A DNA stretch of 38,355 nt from positions 1 through 38,355 of the IMG/VR virus record IMGVR_UViG_3300037350_000023. One strand, given 5' to 3'. The position numbers and the translations under genes were made by a program. Shown one piece after another: positions 34,976 to 38,355 of the stretch. The DNA is from a virus (taxonomy: Duplodnaviria; Caudoviricetes). Under the pieces are notes generated by a model, which saw nothing but the letters and a program-made list of their open reading frames with translations, made no database searches and had not been told where the DNA came from. Numbering within the stretch: position 1 is the first letter of the stretch; each line of letters opens with the position of its first letter.

Positions 34976-35192
34976 GTTAGCCAAACATCTGGAAAAATGC
35001 ATTGATCATATTGACCGCAATACTTGCGAGCACGAAGACACCTATCGCGGCGGAGCTATCTGGACCATTTGCCGTGGTTGCGGCATGAAATGGGCTGATG
35101 ATGAAGGGGGCTTTATGCCGTATCAGGAGCCTAAGTGGCTCACTGCAGCCCGTGCAGCATTACATAAAGCTAAGGATACCGATCATGAGTGA
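34968..35192 (+). CDS. hypothetical early protein
   Basis: C.HE.T.RGG.IWTIC..CG.KWADD motif; start at GATCATGAGT junction. Confidence 0.7.
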   Translation: MSKLAKHLEKCIDHIDRNTCEHEDTYRGGAIWTICRGCGMKWADDEGGFMPYQEPKWLTAARAALHKAKDTDHE

Positions 35193-35385
35193 GCTAAACG
35201 AGCCAGAATTACCAGACGATTATCCGATCTACGGAAACTATCTGTATGTGGCCGATGGCAAGGTAATTATGAGTGACTGGCACGATGTCACGGCGCGAGA
35301 GTTCAAGGCGCGCGAGAAGGTAACCAAGTTATGCCGCTGCGATATCGTCGGCCGGCGCGCGATGATGGATAAAGATCATGAGTGA
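35185..35385 (+). CDS. hypothetical early protein
   Basis: Start at GATCATGAGT junction; YLYVADG. Confidence 0.65.
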   Translation: MSELNEPELPDDYPIYGNYLYVADGKVIMSDWHDVTAREFKAREKVTKLCRCDIVGRRAMMDKDHE

Positions 35386-35734
35386 GAAATGGACGAAGGG
35401 ACCGTGGCATAAGTACGTCGATGAAGATGATAATATCATTGCCATTAGCTATCAGTACAAAGGTCCGAATGGCGGTGCATGTCGTTCATCTATTGCGCAG
35501 ATGCCGGTCCCTGGGGCCTATAATAATCTGACACGAAACGAGATCAACGCTAACGGCTGTCTTATACAGGCGGCGCCAGCCCTGTATGAGGCGCTGAAGC
35601 GATTAACCGCACCAGAATGCACCGACAAGACTGCATCTGGTGTACCGTTCATGCGTGACAACGAGTTTTCTCGCGTGGCTCTTATCGAAGCCCGTGCAGC
35701 CCTCCGCCAGGCGCGCGGGGAAGGAGAAGGGTGA
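35378..35734 (+). CDS. hypothetical early protein
   Basis: WT.GPW...AN..LI.AAP.LYEAL...ARAAL..ARGE family motif. Confidence 0.8.
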   Translation: MSEKWTKGPWHKYVDEDDNIIAISYQYKGPNGGACRSSIAQMPVPGAYNNLTRNEINANGCLIQAAPALYEALKRLTAPECTDKTASGVPFMRDNEFSRVALIEARAALRQARGEGEG

Positions 35735-35955
35735 TGGATAGGACACTCACTCGCACGGAACGCAAGTTATTGTTCGATGCCTGCGAGTCTAACGGCGGCG
35801 GCGTCCAAATGAAATGGCTGACATATTCAGATCGAGCGCGAAGCAGTCTAATCAAGCGCGGTCTCATTAAGGTTAAATCAGGGCACAAACATATGCTTAT
35901 CCATACGCCTGAAGGATTGGCTATGTATCGTGAAATTATAAAAGCTAAGATTTAG
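35731..35955 (+). CDS. winged-helix-like small protein
   Basis: L.KRGLI......T.EG pattern. Confidence 0.55.
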   Translation: MMDRTLTRTERKLLFDACESNGGGVQMKWLTYSDRARSSLIKRGLIKVKSGHKHMLIHTPEGLAMYREIIKAKI

Positions 35956-35966
35956 GATTTACGACA

Positions 35967-36191
35967 ATGAAATATGTTGAGCCAAACTTTTATTCGTTTC
36001 GTGAATTAACGGATGATGCAGACAGTCGTTCGGCGGCCAAAGAGATGCAATCCTTGCAGGCGAAAGACGGCGCTACATTCTGGCGCTTTACTATTGACCA
36101 TGGCGGTCTATGGGTTGAAGGGTGGATCGCCGAGCCTCGTTACCCATATCAACAAGCACCGTTCAATCCGCCAATGGAGTATGTGAAATGA
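35967..36191 (+). CDS. hypothetical early protein
   Basis: AGGA RBS; coupled to next gene. Confidence 0.6.
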   Translation: MKYVEPNFYSFRELTDDADSRSAAKEMQSLQAKDGATFWRFTIDHGGLWVEGWIAEPRYPYQQAPFNPPMEYVK

Positions 36192-36457
36192 CCCCCACCC
36201 AGGAAGAGATCGCGGCGTTTGTGGGTGAGTTGCGCGGGTGGCATGTGACGACTGGCATGTCAGACGATGCGGCCCGCAAGGTATGGCTAATGCACAAGGC
36301 GGCTAACTATCTCGAACACCTCCAGCGGCGGGAGCGGATGCTTTGCGAGGCGCTGCGCCAGATCCATAAGCAGGGTGATAGGCTGCACACGACGAATGGC
36401 ACGATCATACGCGAGTGTATGTCAATAGCTCGCGCCGCCCTCAAAGAAGACCGCTAA
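36188..36457 (+). CDS. hypothetical early protein
   Basis: GGAG RBS, ATGA coupling, IARAAL C-terminus. Confidence 0.65.
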   Translation: MTPTQEEIAAFVGELRGWHVTTGMSDDAARKVWLMHKAANYLEHLQRRERMLCEALRQIHKQGDRLHTTNGTIIRECMSIARAALKEDR

Positions 36458-36696
36458 TGCCCACAATCCGGACGACGTTTGCTGGGCTGCCGGTAGAGGT
36501 GGACTATGTGTGGTCGCGTGATGATGCTGATTATGTGATCAATGAAGTCTGGGTAGATATGGGAAGGTTTGTTGATTGCAATACCATCTCTTTGCTGGAT
36601 TTATATGATCATCTTGATCAGCTTGCCGCTGAAGCGCGCCCGCAATGGGATCTCGACGCCAAGCGTGACGCTGTGGAGCGGAGGCACGAACGATGA
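36457..36696 (+). CDS. hypothetical early protein
   Basis: TAATG coupling. Confidence 0.6.
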   Translation: MPTIRTTFAGLPVEVDYVWSRDDADYVINEVWVDMGRFVDCNTISLLDLYDHLDQLAAEARPQWDLDAKRDAVERRHER

Positions 36697-36890
36697 CCAG
36701 CCCCTACATCACCGCCGCTGTCGCCGCGTGTCGGTTGCCGATACGGGTGCTATGCGAGTTTGATAACCCGAAATATGTGTTTTTCGTCTACGAGGCGTAT
36801 TCACCGACGGCGCTGATGTGTTATCCGCATACGCCCGCCACCCGCGCCTACACCGCACTGCGCAACCGGTTGCTGAGGGAGAATGAGTGA
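36693..36890 (+). CDS. hypothetical early protein
   Basis: GGAGG RBS, ATGA coupling. Confidence 0.55.
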   Translation: MTSPYITAAVAACRLPIRVLCEFDNPKYVFFVYEAYSPTALMCYPHTPATRAYTALRNRLLRENE

Positions 36891-37147
36891 TGACACGCGC
36901 CCCGCTCTATATCCAGATTGCGCTTTGGTATCATTGCCGCGCGAATGACTATGAGCATGATGGCATCAATGGACCGCAATGGCCGGATGTTGTGAAAGAG
37001 TTTGTCACTGACATGATAGACAACGACATTTTGCGGATTGCAGAAGATGATGCTGACACAAACTACGTTATGACTGATAAGGGACATGCGTGGGTAGATT
37101 TCATTTGTAAAACGCCGTTCCCCGTCTACCAGTGGGTGCTCCCATGA
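36887..37147 (+). CDS. hypothetical early protein
   Basis: T.KG.AWV..IC.TP.PV..W motif. Confidence 0.7.
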   Translation: MMTRAPLYIQIALWYHCRANDYEHDGINGPQWPDVVKEFVTDMIDNDILRIAEDDADTNYVMTDKGHAWVDFICKTPFPVYQWVLP

Positions 37148-37281
37148 CCCACCGACCCCTCTTCTCCATCCCCTACACGGAGCACGGTAAAATGGCTAAG
37201 CTCGAATTCACCGCATGCGGCCTGTTCGCAGGAGCCGCGTTGTTCTTTGCGTTGTGTTTGTTGGTGGTTGTGGGAGGGTGA
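37144..37281 (+). CDS. 45-aa membrane peptide (not in ORF track)
   Basis: C-terminal TM segment; coupled on both sides. Confidence 0.5.
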   Translation: MTHRPLFSIPYTEHGKMAKLEFTACGLFAGAALFFALCLLVVVGG

Positions 37282-37499
37282 TGATGGCACAGGTATCTAA
37301 CTTCGCATGGGAAAGCGCGTATCGTCGCGGCGTTCAAAATCTCCGCAACGGCATCTACGACGATACCTTGCGCGAATTCGTCGCTCGCATCGATGCCGCC
37401 AGTCAGTACTTAGTCAACAAAGGCGTCATGCACTTCAGCTACGACCGCGACTTTACCGGTGCACGGCTGCATAAGAGCAGTCAGGATGCGGGGGAGTGA
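37281..37499 (+). CDS. hypothetical early protein
   Basis: GGAGG RBS, TGATG coupling. Confidence 0.6.
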   Translation: MMAQVSNFAWESAYRRGVQNLRNGIYDDTLREFVARIDAASQYLVNKGVMHFSYDRDFTGARLHKSSQDAGE

Positions 37500-37588
37500 T
37501 GAATAGAGCAATCACAGCGTTTTGGTGTTCAGTGCTGTTTCTCGGTCTAGTTATGATGTTGTCTGGCATCCTCGGAGTATTCTCATGA
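37499..37588 (+). CDS. 29-aa membrane peptide MNRAITAFWCSVLFLGLVMMLSGILGVFS
   Basis: Coupled on both sides; single TM. Confidence 0.5.
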   Translation: MNRAITAFWCSVLFLGLVMMLSGILGVFS

Positions 37589-38121
37589 CCCAAATTCTTC
37601 AGAAGCTGCTGGATACGGCAGCCGTCAATTATTATCTCATCGGCGCCTGCAAATATGTCAAACTAGATTGGTTGATGGAGAGATTAGAGGCCGCCATCCG
37701 CGAGCAAGAGCAGCAGGCGGGGAAACCGTTGCAATTGCGCGAGGGTGCGTATTATCAGCGGAGGGATGGGAAGATAGTAGGGCCGATCCAGATATATCGA
37801 GGCGACAATAATTATTTTGAAATTGGCGCTGGGGAAGAAAGCTTGTGGAGGAGAGATGGCGTGTCAGCGGTTGTTTCATCCAATGATCTTATCCGTGAGG
37901 TCACTGTAGACCCAGACTTCCGCGTCCAACCCGCGCCCGATCACAACTGCCTGAGCTGCCGGTTCTTCCATAGCGACCGGAATACGGAGTTCAGTCGGCT
38001 GGGAGAATGCCGGTTCAATCCGCCGTCTATAAGAGAGGCGCCATCATCGAACGGCCCTATCTACGTTTACCCGCGCGTCTACTACACGAACCCATGCGGG
38101 CGGTATGAGGTGAGGAAATGA
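37585..38121 (+). CDS. multi-domain early protein with C-terminal 4-Cys domain
   Basis: EG.YY.RRDG..VGP domain; CLSC...GECR.NPP...CG.Y. Confidence 0.7.
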   Translation: MTQILQKLLDTAAVNYYLIGACKYVKLDWLMERLEAAIREQEQQAGKPLQLREGAYYQRRDGKIVGPIQIYRGDNNYFEIGAGEESLWRRDGVSAVVSSNDLIREVTVDPDFRVQPAPDHNCLSCRFFHSDRNTEFSRLGECRFNPPSIREAPSSNGPIYVYPRVYYTNPCGRYEVRK

Positions 38122-38234
38122 GGGACATAGTTATATACGCTGCTATCTTTGCGCTGACTGCCTTCATGATATTCATGGCATGGCTAGAGATTGCCTGGAA
38201 ATATCAGATCGCAGTTCACGGGTGCGCATCATGA
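38118..38234 (+). CDS. 38-aa membrane peptide
   Basis: MRDIVIYAAIFALTAFMIFMAWLEIAWKYQIAVHGCAS; GAGG RBS; stop overlaps the ATG of the repeated first gene. Confidence 0.55.
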   Translation: MRDIVIYAAIFALTAFMIFMAWLEIAWKYQIAVHGCAS

Positions 38235-38355
38235 CCACCGACGACAAGAGCCGGGCGGCGTTTGAGAAGTGGATGTCAGATGATGGGATATCACCACGTG
38301 CTGTGGAGAGAAGCTCAGATGGATATTATAAGCTGATGCACACATCAAATTCATG
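38230..38355. repeat. 126-bp direct repeat, right copy
   Basis: Identical to 12..137. Confidence 0.95.

Noticed and set aside
38230-38355. 126-bp repeat as a physical T7-style terminal repeat
   Set aside because: Ends mid-gene, length is compatible with an assembler k-mer overlap, and a P22-like packaging module suggests headful circular permutation

Overview
The window is an apparently complete ~38.2 kb genome of a P22-like (short-tailed) dsDNA phage. It closes into a circle through a 126-bp end overlap (12..137 = 38230..38355). An alphaproteobacterial host is inferred from promoter style and gene families. + strand arm (34063..38355 joined to 1..2928): a run of small, translationally coupled early genes, including a NUMOD4-HNH endonuclease and a DUF551-like gene. 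- strand arm, in transcription order from a divergent promoter at ~34 kb: Cro-like HTH, C5 DNA methyltransferase with a second overlapping-frame ORF, DUF1064 nuclease, SSB-like protein, PD-(D/E)XK-like protein, primase-helicase, iteron origin, terminases, portal, an inserted 4-gene fibre module, scaffold, P22-type coat, tail adaptor and nozzle, ejection proteins, tail fibre and an extended lysis cassette. I recognised no integrase, CI repressor, DNA polymerase, ParA/B, CRISPR array or canonical tRNA. The most notable signals are: (i) a chromosomal-type parS site, a perfect DnaA box and a pseudoknot-capable leader RNA upstream of the replication operon; (ii) a 39-aa membrane peptide sharing its C-terminal strand motif (PASLxIxW) with the neighbouring Ig-like protein; (iii) a fibre/adaptor module between portal and scaffold; (iv) a nested dual-frame methyltransferase; (v) an antisense membrane gene in the sieA position. 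All family calls come from motif recognition by eye; no database searches were run.
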